44,563 bases of DNA, taken from assembly GCA_001600815.1 (NCBI GenBank), contig BCKZ01000013.1:348478-393040 (forward strand). The letters run 5' to 3'. Below are positions 1-11,920 of this stretch, one piece after another. The notes beneath the pieces were generated by a model. The model ran no database searches, was not told where the DNA came from, and was given only the letters and a program-made list of their open reading frames with translations. Positions within the stretch are counted from its first letter, which is position 1. Each line of letters opens with the position of its first letter. A program made the translations under genes and the position numbers. This stretch comes from Alloascoidea hylecoeti. Taxonomy: Eukaryota.

Positions 1-3000
1 AACATGATAATAAGCCTAATAAAATATAACGAAAAGTAACAATACATTAAATGTGTTAAGCTGGGTATATAACAAATATAGTTATGATGTTAATTCTGGG
101 TTCTAAAACGCTCTTATTTCCACCTTATAATCGAAAGAAACCTATACTCTCCGGTTCCTCAAATTATCCGGAGCATGCAAATAACGGTTGCAATGGGTAT
201 GGTTGTTGCGTTGCTTCTGACATCAGCTGTTGCAAAAATATTACTGCTATATGTTGGAGCAGTCCACACACGATACATTCATGAGACCTGAAACTTTCGA
301 AATCTAATATTAACATTTGATCAGATAACTCCAACTTCGTACATATTTTTCTTTGTCTCAATTCTACATTTGAAATTTCTCCGAAGGCAGTTGTCAATTT
401 GAGGCTTGAAGGATATTTAAATTTTTAATGGCTACTGTTGTTGTTCATGAAAATTCAAATTCAAGACAATGGTGTTGCATCTGCATATCTGTATTCGCCA
501 TCTGTTTGTTCAATTGCAACGACAAAATATAGATCATAATGTCAATTGATCAACTCTATTAAGCTCCAGTGTTAAATGATCGATGGTTATATAATTAACA
601 CTGAAAATGGGTTGTACCAATATATACAATACGCGGGTGAGATTAAGTATAAGCTTTTAAAGTTATATAACGCTACACTTGAAATTACTGGTCAATTAGA
701 CATATACATAGATACATATATGAATATTATCAGTTTTACCCAAGCTATTATTTACTTAGTACTCATGTGAGTTCATACATCGCGAACACTATTTTTGAAT
801 TCATATTTCCATATAAGCTTAACATTGAGTGAAATATAGCTAGCGCTCTAGAGCCTTACATGTTACAATAAAGACAATAATAGTCACAATATATATCTGA
901 AGCTTATAATAAAGTTGAATATAATCAACCATTGAAATTTTGAGATCATTTTATGTATAGATTTATATGTTAATATTCTTATATAGCGTATCTATATCAC
1001 ATTATTTTTTCATTAATAATAGTTAAAACTTTCCATTATAGTACGTGATTACATACAACGCTCAGTACAATTGCGATCGAAATATATTTATTTTAAGCAT
1101 AAAATAATAAAATATTTGCAATACAATTGCAATAAGGAACATTTCTTTAAACTACCTGTAATAGGTTTCGTTCTATAATCTTCATATGGGCTTAAAAAAC
1201 AGTGTCAAATATTGTAGGTCTTTGAAAATGATGATCCCTTAAAATATGAAGAATTGAAACAAATGTACCATGATAGTTTCAAATTTAAAAATATTAATAG
1301 CTATAGGTATAAGTTTCAAAAAAATACTTTTACGGAAACAATTCAATGTGATGATTAAATTTAAAAGATCAAACAATTGCAAGCTTAAGTTTAGAAAGAC
1401 CAGCGTTATATAATCTACTTTTGATATATTCTGTAGCTAAAAGTAAATAAGGTATACGCGTATAGTAGGTATAGTAATAACCATTGAAAAATAATTATAT
1501 AAGTTACATAACCATACAATACTTGTCAAGTTCTCATATATATCCTTACAATACTAGTGTTAAAATCTATCAATATTATATAAAGATATATAGTGTTAAT
1601 CAAACTAAGGTTATAGGTTATACTAGCTTGTGTGATTTAGTTTTAATTGCAATATTGGCATGTTTACTTGCAATTGAAATCAGCATTAGGATACTAAAGA
1701 CGATTTCGTAGCTAGTTATATAAAGCAGCAGTGCTTCTACTTGAAGAATTGGGAGATATTAGACCATCTATCTTACTAAAACTATAACAATTCATGTAAG
1801 AGTATGATTTTTGATTAATTGCTTTTTGATGATGATCATGATATTTGAAGTATTAAATTATGTTCCCAACTACTATAGAGCTAGCTATCCTTACTCCTTT
1901 TTTCAATTTTTTCTATTTTGAAGGTAAACCAAGACTGAGTTTGTTGGCAAATTTGATCCGCAAGGCAATTCGCTCAATTATAATGATAATTACATCGGTT
2001 CACGATCAGAAATTCATATATTCGGAACAAAATATTTCCGACGTTAAAATCCTCTATAACACTATGGTTTACTATAGTTGTATCAATTGCAATTACAAAA
2101 TTAACTTTATGATAATATAAATCGGCTTTAAACCTAAAGTTGAATTCAAACCTCCGATTTTAATAATATGACTTTAAACGGTACATCAGCTATATAGTTA
2201 TAGCTAAAATATAAACGTTACTGATATTAACACTTGATTGAAAGGAAAAGACTCCTCTGGGCGACATCTACATTGATGTATTATTAATATTATTAAAACT
2301 ATATATATAATAATAATGAGAACTTTGTACCAGTATTAACCCTGATTGATAATTCGATATATTAATATTTATATTGAACATTTATTGCGATTTTTACACT
2401 TGTACAATTAGTATACAAATTCAAATATATTCAAATTATTTTCCTCTATACAATTAACATTATTTTTATAATTGCAATTAGCATAGCTATACATCAATTT
2501 ATAGAATATAATAGAGCTTTGAAATACCCACTGCAATTAGATATGTTATAATTAAAATGACTGTAAGCGCTGATTCAATATAACTATTGGTTATAACTAT
2601 ATATATAATTTGATCATCAGGCTTAAAGGTTTTATCCAAATATATATAATTAATGATATTTGATTAATATTGATAAATGTATTATCTCTTTTATCAATTA
2701 TAATTTTTAGAATTCGTAAATAGCCAAGATACCATACAAATTGCAGTGCCAGATTAAACGTTTATATCTTGATCTGGAGCCGTTCTTAAAATATATATGG
2801 TTGACCTTCTAAATGTAATTGTAATTGCAATTAGCTTAACTAAATGCTTTACTATAGTATTACACTTAATCTGAGACTTAGCGGGAAGTTCAATAATTAT
2901 AAGCCGTTCATTCAGCCTTGGAACTTTAAAGTGAAGATAATGAAGTTAAATAGGAAATTTGTATCTTTCGATTAAATAAAAATGTAAAAAGTGAAATTTG

Positions 3001-3519
3001 CGAAATCTGCGCCTGGTTTTCCTTACATTTTGTCACAGATCTAATATATGCGCATCTCATTAATTTACTCAAATTCAGCATTTAATCTTATAACCTGATT
3101 TAACTTCCACATAATAATAAATTTTCGCCCTATACACCAATATCTAGATCTGTTTATTCCTGCATGCACGCTAGATGTCTTTCGAAATAGAGGACAACGT
3201 CGGGCTTTTTACCAAGCTTCCAGAAATAAATAATTTATTCTTAAAATAATATTATTTTTCACATCGTATAATATTGACTGTTGTAGGAGGTGGTCTGTTT
3301 TTTATCTTATGGATATGAAATAATCGCGATTTTGAATGAATATAATATTTAGCTTAAGGTGTTTACATTATATATATATTAAAATGCAATACATATATAA
3401 GCCAAGGAAATACCATTTTTTTAAAAAATCCAATTTGCAAGTTTCATTCCTCTGTATACTGTCATTTCATTTCTTATTTACTATACTATTCCTGTCTATT
3501 CTCATTGATAATTTTAATC

Positions 3520-5489
3520 ATGTTTAATTTAAAGTTAGACTTGATAAGACATGCAAGTGTTAGTGGATTGTTCAAAAATTTCAGCGGAAGCTTTTATACT
3601 AAGGGAAGGTACGTTTATTTTAAAGAATACAATGTATTGATGAATTAGTAATCAGTTAACAATATTGTGATTAGTGAAAAATCAAAGGATGGGCTTATTA
3701 ATGATGATATTGTTCCACTTCCTCCAAGCAGAAGAACTTGGGATCAATGGTCTTACTTGGGTTTTTGGAATACTGATAAGTAAGTGCTCATAAACCATGT
3801 AGATTTGGGTAGTTTAATGATATAGATGCGCATGCATATATGTTATACCATAAGCATATTTATTGACATTTAATTTGAAAACATTTTAGTTTCAACACAA
3901 GTGCATGGGCAACAGGCTCTTCTTTACTCTCTTTGGGCTTGACAGTTGGAGAGACTATGGGCATTGTAATCATTGGAAGAGTTTTTACCACACTCATTTG
4001 CTTACTTAACCAACATATAGGGTCCAAGTGGCATATTGGTTATACAGTTTACCAACGTCAAATATTTGGAATATATGGATCAATTGTTAGTATTGTTATG
4101 AGAATTTTACTTTCAATTGTCTGGTATGGATCAAGTGCTTGGCTAGGAGGAAGACTAGTAACGTGCATTTTGTCAAGTTGGAGTTACAAGTACTTAACAA
4201 TGGATAATACATTGAGTAGCAATGTTAATATGACAACCAGGGAATTGATTGGATTTCTGGTTTTCCAATTAATGTCTATGCCATTACTTGTAAGTTATTT
4301 ATGCTTAAAATTAGGCATCTAATATGCAGATGTGCTATATTTTGAATATCTGTGATAATCTATTCTGCTTACATTTACTAATAATAATTTATGATAGTGT
4401 GTGAAACCTGAAAAGGTCAGCAGAGCATTATTTATAACCAATATTTACTGTTTCTTTGTCATGTTGGCGCTGGCTATTTGGGCCAGATGCACAGCTGGAA
4501 GTGCTGGACCACTTGTTCATATAAAATCTTCTGTACCTTCTTCTGGCGCTGGTTGGGTCTGGCTATATGGTATAACATCAATATATGGTGGAGTAGCAAG
4601 CGGATTAGCAAATAGTCCTGACTATTCTCGTTTTGCAAGACATAAAAATGATCCAGTCTTAGGCACAATTTTTGCATATGTGGTGTTAGGTACCTTAATA
4701 CCTTTGATGGGGATCATGTCAACTTCATCTCTAAGAGCAAAATATGGAACTAACTACTGGAATCCTGTTGATATTTTAGACATGTGGATGACAGATTATA
4801 ATTATAGTGCCGTTAATAGAGCTGCAGTTTTCTTTGTTGCATTGGGGTTTCTAGGTGGTCAAACGACTCTTAATTTAGTAGGAAATGGATTTGCGGGAGG
4901 TATTGATATAGCTGGTTTACTTCCTAAATTTTTTGATGTTAAGAGAGGTTCTTTATTAGTTGCACTATTGTCTTGGGCGGTTCAACCATGGAATTTTTAT
5001 AATTCAGATAGCACTTTTGTTACTGTCATGGGCTCATTTTCTACATTCATGTCTCCTTTAATAGGGGTAATGTTATGTGACTTTTACATCATCAGAAAGA
5101 GGAATATTAAGCTCGGTGACTTATACACAATTTCTCCTGCTGGGGCCTATTATTATTTCCATGGGTTCAATATTCGAGCATTGTTTGTATGGCTAGTTAC
5201 TTCAGCTATAGGCCTTCCAGGTTTAATCAATAACGCAAATTCTAATATTAAGATCGGTACAGGTTTAAGCAATTATTATACTGGAAATGCATTTTTTGGA
5301 TTAGTCATTGCTGGCGTCTGGTATTATCTGACGCATTTGGCTTGGCCAATAAAAGAAGCTGGCGAGAAGGACGATAAAGATGAATTTGGAACCTTTACCC
5401 CTGAAGAAGCTTTGAAACTTGGAGTCGCTACCTATATCCCAAATTCAGAGGATAATATTAATGTTAGTGATCAGAGTGTATATGTTTAG
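3520..5489 (+). CDS. NCS1-family (nucleobase:cation symporter-1; Fur4/Dal4/Thi7-like) permease; 4 exons: 3520-3608, 3675-3779, 3890-4289, 4398-5489
   Basis: Manual splicing at GTACGT/GTAAGT...TAG gives a continuous frame. It includes the NCS1 N-terminal motif LINDDIVPLPPSRRTWDQWSYLGFW, then GLTVGE, NSPDYSRFA, AGGIDIAGLLPK, QPWNFY and DFYIIRKRNI. It joins ORF-track pieces 3933-4322 and 4401-5489. Substrate cannot be determined. Confidence 0.9.
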
Positions 5490-6255
5490 CCACATCTACA
5501 CGTACAGTACATTGGATACTATGTCGTAGCAAATAGTATCATTATATGGTGTGTTCTCACATATTATAGCTGATGCCTTCAGCTGTTATTTATTTATGAT
5601 GAATGAAATGAAATGAAAATTTATATGTTTAATGGGTTTGAGATGATTAGTAGAAAGGAAACTATACCGGTAGATCTTTGCACATCGAAAGATATTAGAA
5701 AATCTTACTAATAAGAATGATGCGAAGGGAAGGATCCAATATAGTAGGGCCAATATGGTTTAGTATTATTTATAAGTATCTACAAATAGTAATATAATAT
5801 ATAAAGCTTGAGTTACTATAGCTAACCAAGTAGGATCGTGGTAAAATGCAAAATTGAATTGTTTCGAGGGGAAAAATAATCGAGTATTTTTGTTATTGTT
5901 ATCAGCACGTTCTAAAACCTCTTATAAAGCAATATGAAAAGTAAATCTTGTAAAAGTCAAATTACACTGGTAATATCAATCTTAGATTATAACAATTCGT
6001 TGTAACAAATACTCAACAAATTCGAGTAATTGGAGAAACAAATTAGTTAAATGTGAAACTGATCTCATTATGCAAATTACTTTGTCAAATTATACAAAGT
6101 GTTATTATTACTCTAGTTTGTTTAAACCTATCAAAATAAATCGTTCAACATTTTCCATGGTCATATACAGTGAGCGAAGTACCGGGTATTGCAAAAATAA
6201 AAACTGACTTACAATATGATTCGCTACGTAACGTTTCTTGTTAACTAACTAGGTA

Positions 6256-6495
6256 AAGTGGTCCAATATTAATTTGAAGAAGTGGCCGAATACTTAATTT
6301 AGGAAGTGGCCGAATTTGTAGGCATATGCATGATGTGACCGAATAATTCAAAGGAATAGTTTTTCTGTAATGTAGTCTAATATTTATTGTATAATGTGGT
6401 CAAATGTCATTACATCACGTGCCCTAATTATTGACTTTACATGAGGGTTAATATTTACTCAAAATTAGGTGAATATAGGTCAACAAGTGGTCGAT
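6256..6495 (+). repeat. Degenerate array of a 12-bp motif (consensus about AWGTGGYCRAAT), partly on a 24-bp period
   Basis: Copies at 6256, 6280, 6304, 6333, 6370, 6394 and 6485. The 6280 and 6304 copies are identical (AAGTGGCCGAAT). Confidence 0.6.
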
Positions 6496-7181
6496 ATTAA
6501 ACAGATTCATAGCCATTAGTGGTGGCTCACAAGTCATGAATAATTCTTACAAGAACTATTCAATTTATTTCATATCCACTAAGTGAAAATTAATTCAAAT
6601 CTAAGCAGATATAAGGTTCAACTGATGATCTATGTTTAAATGATCTCTTTATGATATGTGTTTTAATGATCATGATCCGTATGACTGAGAAAATAATAAT
6701 GTATTTAAAATTTCAATCCATTAATTTTGCGTTCAGATTCTTGAATATTCTTGTGTATTAATTATATGTAAATCACTAATTATAATGAAACTTTCAACTC
6801 ACCTTGAGCTCGAGTATTCTAGTATCAATAGAAAGAGGTATAAGGTTTACAAATATATAATCTGTTTGCTTACAATGACATTTCTAGCGCTAGACTAATT
6901 TCATATATCTACAATCATGATAGTTTACAAATGTTCTGGAAATTCAATGAAATTTTAAAACTTTTAAGTCTATATCTAGATCTATTGTCTATAAAAATAA
7001 CGTAACTAATTAAATAAGAGCCCAAGCAGCATATATCTTTTGCAAACAAAACTTAAAGCAAATAAACATATGCATGGTATGAATAAGGAGGTAATAAAAA
7101 AAGAAAAATCCAATATACATCATCATTATACGTAAACATTTGAGCTTGAACATTTTTTGCTGAATATCTTCACTCTACAAC

Positions 7182-8381
7182 TTACATAGCAGCAGCAAAT
7201 ATTTCTTTAACTTGTTCCTTTGTTGGTTGAATTGGATTAGTGATTGCACATGCATCTTTCATAGCATGCTCAGCTAAGATATCAAAATCCTCTTCCTTTA
7301 CACCCAATTCTCTAAGACCACCTGGAATATTGATGGAAGCTGAAAGTTTTCTTATTGCTGCAATGGCGGCATCGGCTGTAGCTTCGGGGGCCTTCAAATG
7401 TTCAGCAACAATAGATAGTCTCTCGGAGACAACTTGAGAGTTAAAAGTTTGAACATGGGGAAGTAATACAGCATTACAGATACCGTGGGGCAAATGGTAA
7501 AACCCACCTAATTGATGAGCCATAGCATGAACATAACCTAGAGAGGCATTATTGAAAGCCATACCACCCAGATATTCAGCATAACACATAGCTTCTCTTG
7601 CAGCATGATTCTTGCCATCCTCAACAGCAGTATAAAGATTATCTGTTATGAGGTCGATAGCTTTTAAAGCACAAGCGTCAGTGATTGGAGTAGCAGCAGT
7701 GGATACAAATGCTTCAATAGCATGTGTCAAGGCATCCATACCAGTGGCAGCGGTCAAGCCTTTTGGCATTCCATACATAGTCTCGGGGTCATTAACAGCA
7801 ATTGTGGGTGTGACATTTGAATCGACAATGGCCATTTTTACTTTTCTAACTGGATCGGTAATGATGGTGAACTTGGTGATTTCTGAAGCAGTTCCAGCTG
7901 TTGTGTTGATTGCAATTAAAGGAATCTGTGGATTTTTAGACTTATCAACACCTTCATAGTCCTGGATCTTACCACCGTTAGCAGCCACTAACGCTAGACC
8001 TTTTGCACAATCGTGTGCTGAGCCACCACCAATTGAAATCACACAATCACAATTATTTTTTTGGAGCTGTTTTAAACCGATCTCAACCATCTCAATTGAA
8101 GGATTTGGAGCAACATCTCCATATAAGCTTGGCGTAATACCTCTGTCTTTCAAAAAATTAGTAACTTTATCTGCTAATCCGACTTTAATAATGCCAGGAT
8201 CAGTAACAATTAAAGGATGAGTAAATCCTTTCTTTTTGATCAAATTCATAGCTTCTTCAACAGCACCAACACCAAAAAGGGAGATGGGTGCACTATAGAA
8301 GCCATTGACTCTAGTTGGAAGAGTTGTCGAAAAGCGTCTCGCTTGTGTAAATAGGTTGGGTTTCACAATTCTAGAGAGCAT
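7182..8381 (-). CDS. ADH4: Iron-containing (family III) alcohol dehydrogenase, Adh4-like, with a probable mitochondrial presequence; intronless
   Basis: 399-aa ORF with [32 protein letters not shown] and [13 protein letters not shown]...[12 protein letters not shown] (Fe-binding Asp/His residues). The N-terminus [20 protein letters not shown] is Arg/Ser/Thr-rich with no acidic residues. Confidence 0.92.
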   Translation of the reverse strand: MLSRIVKPNLFTQARRFSTTLPTRVNGFYSAPISLFGVGAVEEAMNLIKKKGFTHPLIVTDPGIIKVGLADKVTNFLKDRGITPSLYGDVAPNPSIEMVEIGLKQLQKNNCDCVISIGGGSAHDCAKGLALVAANGGKIQDYEGVDKSKNPQIPLIAINTTAGTASEITKFTIITDPVRKVKMAIVDSNVTPTIAVNDPETMYGMPKGLTAATGMDALTHAIEAFVSTAATPITDACALKAIDLITDNLYTAVEDGKNHAAREAMCYAEYLGGMAFNNASLGYVHAMAHQLGGFYHLPHGICNAVLLPHVQTFNSQVVSERLSIVAEHLKAPEATADAAIAAIRKLSASINIPGGLRELGVKEEDFDILAEHAMKDACAITNPIQPTKEQVKEIFAAAM

Positions 8382-9812
8382 AATAACTTTTGATTTTTTA
8401 ATTGATATTAGGATAGATATGATTATAAGATAAACGAAAAGAAAAAAAAATAAATAAGTGTGACAAAAGACTCTCTATTTATATGACATTTAATTGTTTA
8501 GAACTAAATTTGAATAACCATGACTCCTTTCAAAATTACCAGATCGGAAATAGTCGTAACATTATATTATGATTTGAGAATTTATTATTATATTACGCCT
8601 AGGCATTAAATATGAAATGTTAATGTACTCATCGCAGGTTTTATATAACTGAATTCAATAAAGCATTAATATTAACTACTATGATACAGCTAATTTGTTA
8701 ATTATTTCTTCCAATCACAGTTCTCTCAGGTAATTTCGAATTTTCTCTTATTTATCTATAGCTAGTAGCCTAGTACAATATGATATTTTTATTCTCAACT
8801 TTTGCTGTCTCAATTGGAGAAGTAAAATATAGTTTTAGTGCTATAATTAATACTTCAAGTTTTTAATTGCATTTATTCATATCTTTCATTGCAGATCTAT
8901 CTGACCAATCAAATATACTGTATTAGTATTATTGACAATATAGATACCATTATAAACTTTTATATACTTAAATAGGAAACTTTGTAGAGCAATATTTTTA
9001 TACGTGTATGTTTATAATTACCTGCATCTCCATATTATAATTATAATACTCAATATTACTCATATTCATACAAAAGACTATAATATGAGAGCTACAATAA
9101 TATGCGACTATAAGATATACAATAAATTCACAACAAATGATTATAAGTATATATCAGCTCTTCCGAGACTAAAATAATTCGCGAACTTTTGAAACATAAT
9201 TCGTTAGAATATTTAGTTTACTGTCAAACACATTATCTCTAAACCTTATTGAATAATGTATAGTTACTACTTTCTAGTACTTTCTAGCTGTTAAAAATTT
9301 AAGTTTTATCTTATTCCATTAATATTAGAGTACTCATTTACTTCTAAGCTTATGTAATAACTAGCTCCACCCAGCGAATAAATTTCTGAAAAAGCGCGAA
9401 TTGTATGAAGAAACCCCCTTAATCGGTGATTTGAGTGTATAACTATGCATATCACATGTTTAGCTACAAAAACGCGCGCCAAAATTTTATATATCCGAGC
9501 AAGATTATAATAATAGTATATTAATATTACTGTTGACTTAGCTATAGGCTGTGGCTAATTATAACATTTCATTTAGAGAAATTGAATGAATGTTTGCCGT
9601 TCAAACCTTAATGTTAATATAGGGTGACTTCCATATAGTTATAACATGGGGTACGGAGAGAGAGAAATAGTATATTAAGTATATTAGCTATTTGAGTTAT
9701 AAGAAATTTGTCTTCGAATTAACTCCGTAAGCGAGGATCAGAATCTCCAGTCTTGCGGTTGGTAAATTTATAATTAAATGGCACGCACCAAAAAAAACAC
9801 AAAAGGAAGTTA

Positions 9813-10799
9813 AAACATTGTTTAAAATTTAAGGAAATTATTTATTATCTATGTAAAATGTACCAAATATCTTTAATGAGACACGAGAGAATCTGGCAGT
9901 TTTTTTAATGTATTATTTGGTGTCGCTCCCCATGTGGAATATACCGTTAATGGGGGCATGTTCTCCGCATAATTCACCATTCGACGACTTCATCGATGTT
10001 AAGAATATGTGATACAAACATTGAAATCCCTCTTACAACTGCACTAACTCTAGAAAATGGCCCATTCAAGTTTTTCAATGANTTGAATGCTTTTTGTGGN
10101 TCNGNNNNNTNNNTNNNNTNGNNNANNNNNNNNNAANATANNNAAGNNANNNNNGNNNNNNNTNNNNNNNANANNNCNNTNNCNNNNNNNNNANNTCNNN
10201 NAANNANNTNNNANNTNNNTNNNCNNNNNNTNNANNNNNNNNNANTNNTNNNNTNNNNNNNNNNNCANNTNNNTNNNNNNTGNTTNNNNNNNNANNNNNN
10301 TTNNAANNNNNNTNNNNNNNNAANCANNNNNNANNNANNTGNNNNNNNNNNNANNNNANNANTNNNNNNNNNTNNANNNNNNGNNNANNNANNTNNNANN
10401 TNNTTNNNNGANNTNNNNNNNNNGNNANNGNNNTNTNNNNNNNANNNNNNNCNNNNNTNNCTTNNNTATNTTNNNNNNNNNTNNNCNANNNNANNNANNN
10501 NNCNGANCCACAAAAAGCATTCAANTCATTGAAAAACTTGAATGGGCCATTTTCTAGAGTTAGTGCAGTTGTAAGAGGGATTTCAATGTTTGTATCACAT
10601 ATTCTTAACAACGATGAAGTCGTCGAATGGTGAATTATGCGGAGAACATGCCCCCATTAACGGTATATTCCACATGGGGAGCGACACCAAATAATACATT
10701 AAAAAAACTGCCAGATTCTCTCGTGTCTCATTAAAGATATTTGGTACATTTTTTTAAACATAGATAATAAATAATTTCCTTAAATTTTAAACAATGTTT
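9813..10799. repeat. Inverted repeat (arms ~9813-10099 and ~10508-10799) flanking a 408-bp N-rich core (10100-10507)
   Basis: The arms are reverse complements except for a substitution (9996/10611), a 5-nt indel (~9854/~10755) and a mirrored N pair (10082/10525). Called bases in the core are mirror-symmetric about 10303/10304. Confidence 0.9.
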
Positions 10800-11213
10800 A
10801 AGTTTTTTTGTTTCTTTTAGCGCACGGCTGGTCTGAACTTCACACAATATATTCGTAACCTTAACCGTAACCTTACTTCGTCCTTGCATTACCGTGCATA
10901 TCCAACAGAAGGTATAAGCTTCTCTGTCTAATTCACCAAACACAACCATCACAAATCCAAAATTATGATGGACAAAGAATATCTTCCGACAAACAAACTT
11001 GGGGAGTAAATAGACAATAAAAAGCAAGTTGAAAATCTTAATGTCAGTGTACACTGTACGACACCGTTGAGAGTATTCTAAACACTTTTTGTAACCCTCT
11101 GTCTTATACATCAAAAGATCATTACAGTGTTATATCTTAGGTGGCATATCTAATCAAGTTCAAATTTAATTTAATCATTAGCGATATGTTGCTATAATGG
11201 ATGATAGCGGGTG

Positions 11214-11252
11214 AATCCCTAAGACAAATCCCTAAGACAAATCCCCTAAACA
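11214..11252. repeat. 13-bp tandem repeat, (AATCCCTAAGACA)x2 plus one degenerate unit
   Basis: Units at 11214-11226, 11227-11239 and 11240-11252 (AATCCCCTAAACA). Confidence 0.7.
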
Positions 11253-11920
11253 GATTTTAGTTGAATTACTAATTAGTGAATATGTAGCTAATTAAAATTT
11301 AGGTTAATCGCCTATTATTCTAGGGTTAGATAACGATATTTCTATTAAAACACTAAATTATTATATGGTCATAATCGCCAAATGAAGTGATGTCGACTGA
11401 GATATCAATAAATTATTATCTTACCATTCAATAACCTTGTATTATTGTAGCGCTATAAATATCACTAAATGATTTGATGAATCATACTACATTTATCGTT
11501 AGTTTATTTCCTAAAAATATGTGTGAAACCTGTATGTTAAATTTTTATAGATAGTTACCAATTATCATACGTACTCATTCTTTAAATTTATGAAATAACT
11601 GCTACACATATCCATAATAAGGCCTTATATATATATATAATACACGTACAACTTATGATTAATAATTATAACCGTAATTTCAATTAAAAGTCTACTAAAA
11701 TTAAAATGAATGAAAATGTATATAATTATAAGCAACATAATATTAATTATATGTTTCCGTGATCATTCAATTTAGTTAAACATTAACTTACCTTATTTTA
11801 TTAAAATGAATACATATAAGATTTTCTTCCAGTATCGATTTATGCTTATATTTATAATTATTAAAGTTAATTATAAAGCATTTTATTCTTATGAATTCTC
11901 AATTGCGAATTATGTTACCT

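Noticed and set aside
84..3527. Short ORFs of 63-86 aa in the first 3.5 kb
   Set aside because: No recognisable motifs, and the Ile/Tyr/Asn-rich composition is typical of random AT-rich DNA. 164-397 could be an old relic but I cannot identify it.
6256..6495. Repeat-spacer pattern as a CRISPR array
   Set aside because: The repeats are only ~12 bp and degenerate, spacing is irregular, the context is eukaryotic and there are no cas genes.
9974..10633. Six ORF-track entries of 156-179 aa spanning the N-rich core
   Set aside because: They are open only because N-containing codons hide stops, and they are mirror images produced by the inverted repeat.
10898..10907. ATATCCAACA, identical to the last 10 bp of the 150-bp MITE
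   Set aside because: The match does not extend, there is no partner end or TSD, and a 10-mer match is plausible by chance in 44 kb of AT-rich DNA.
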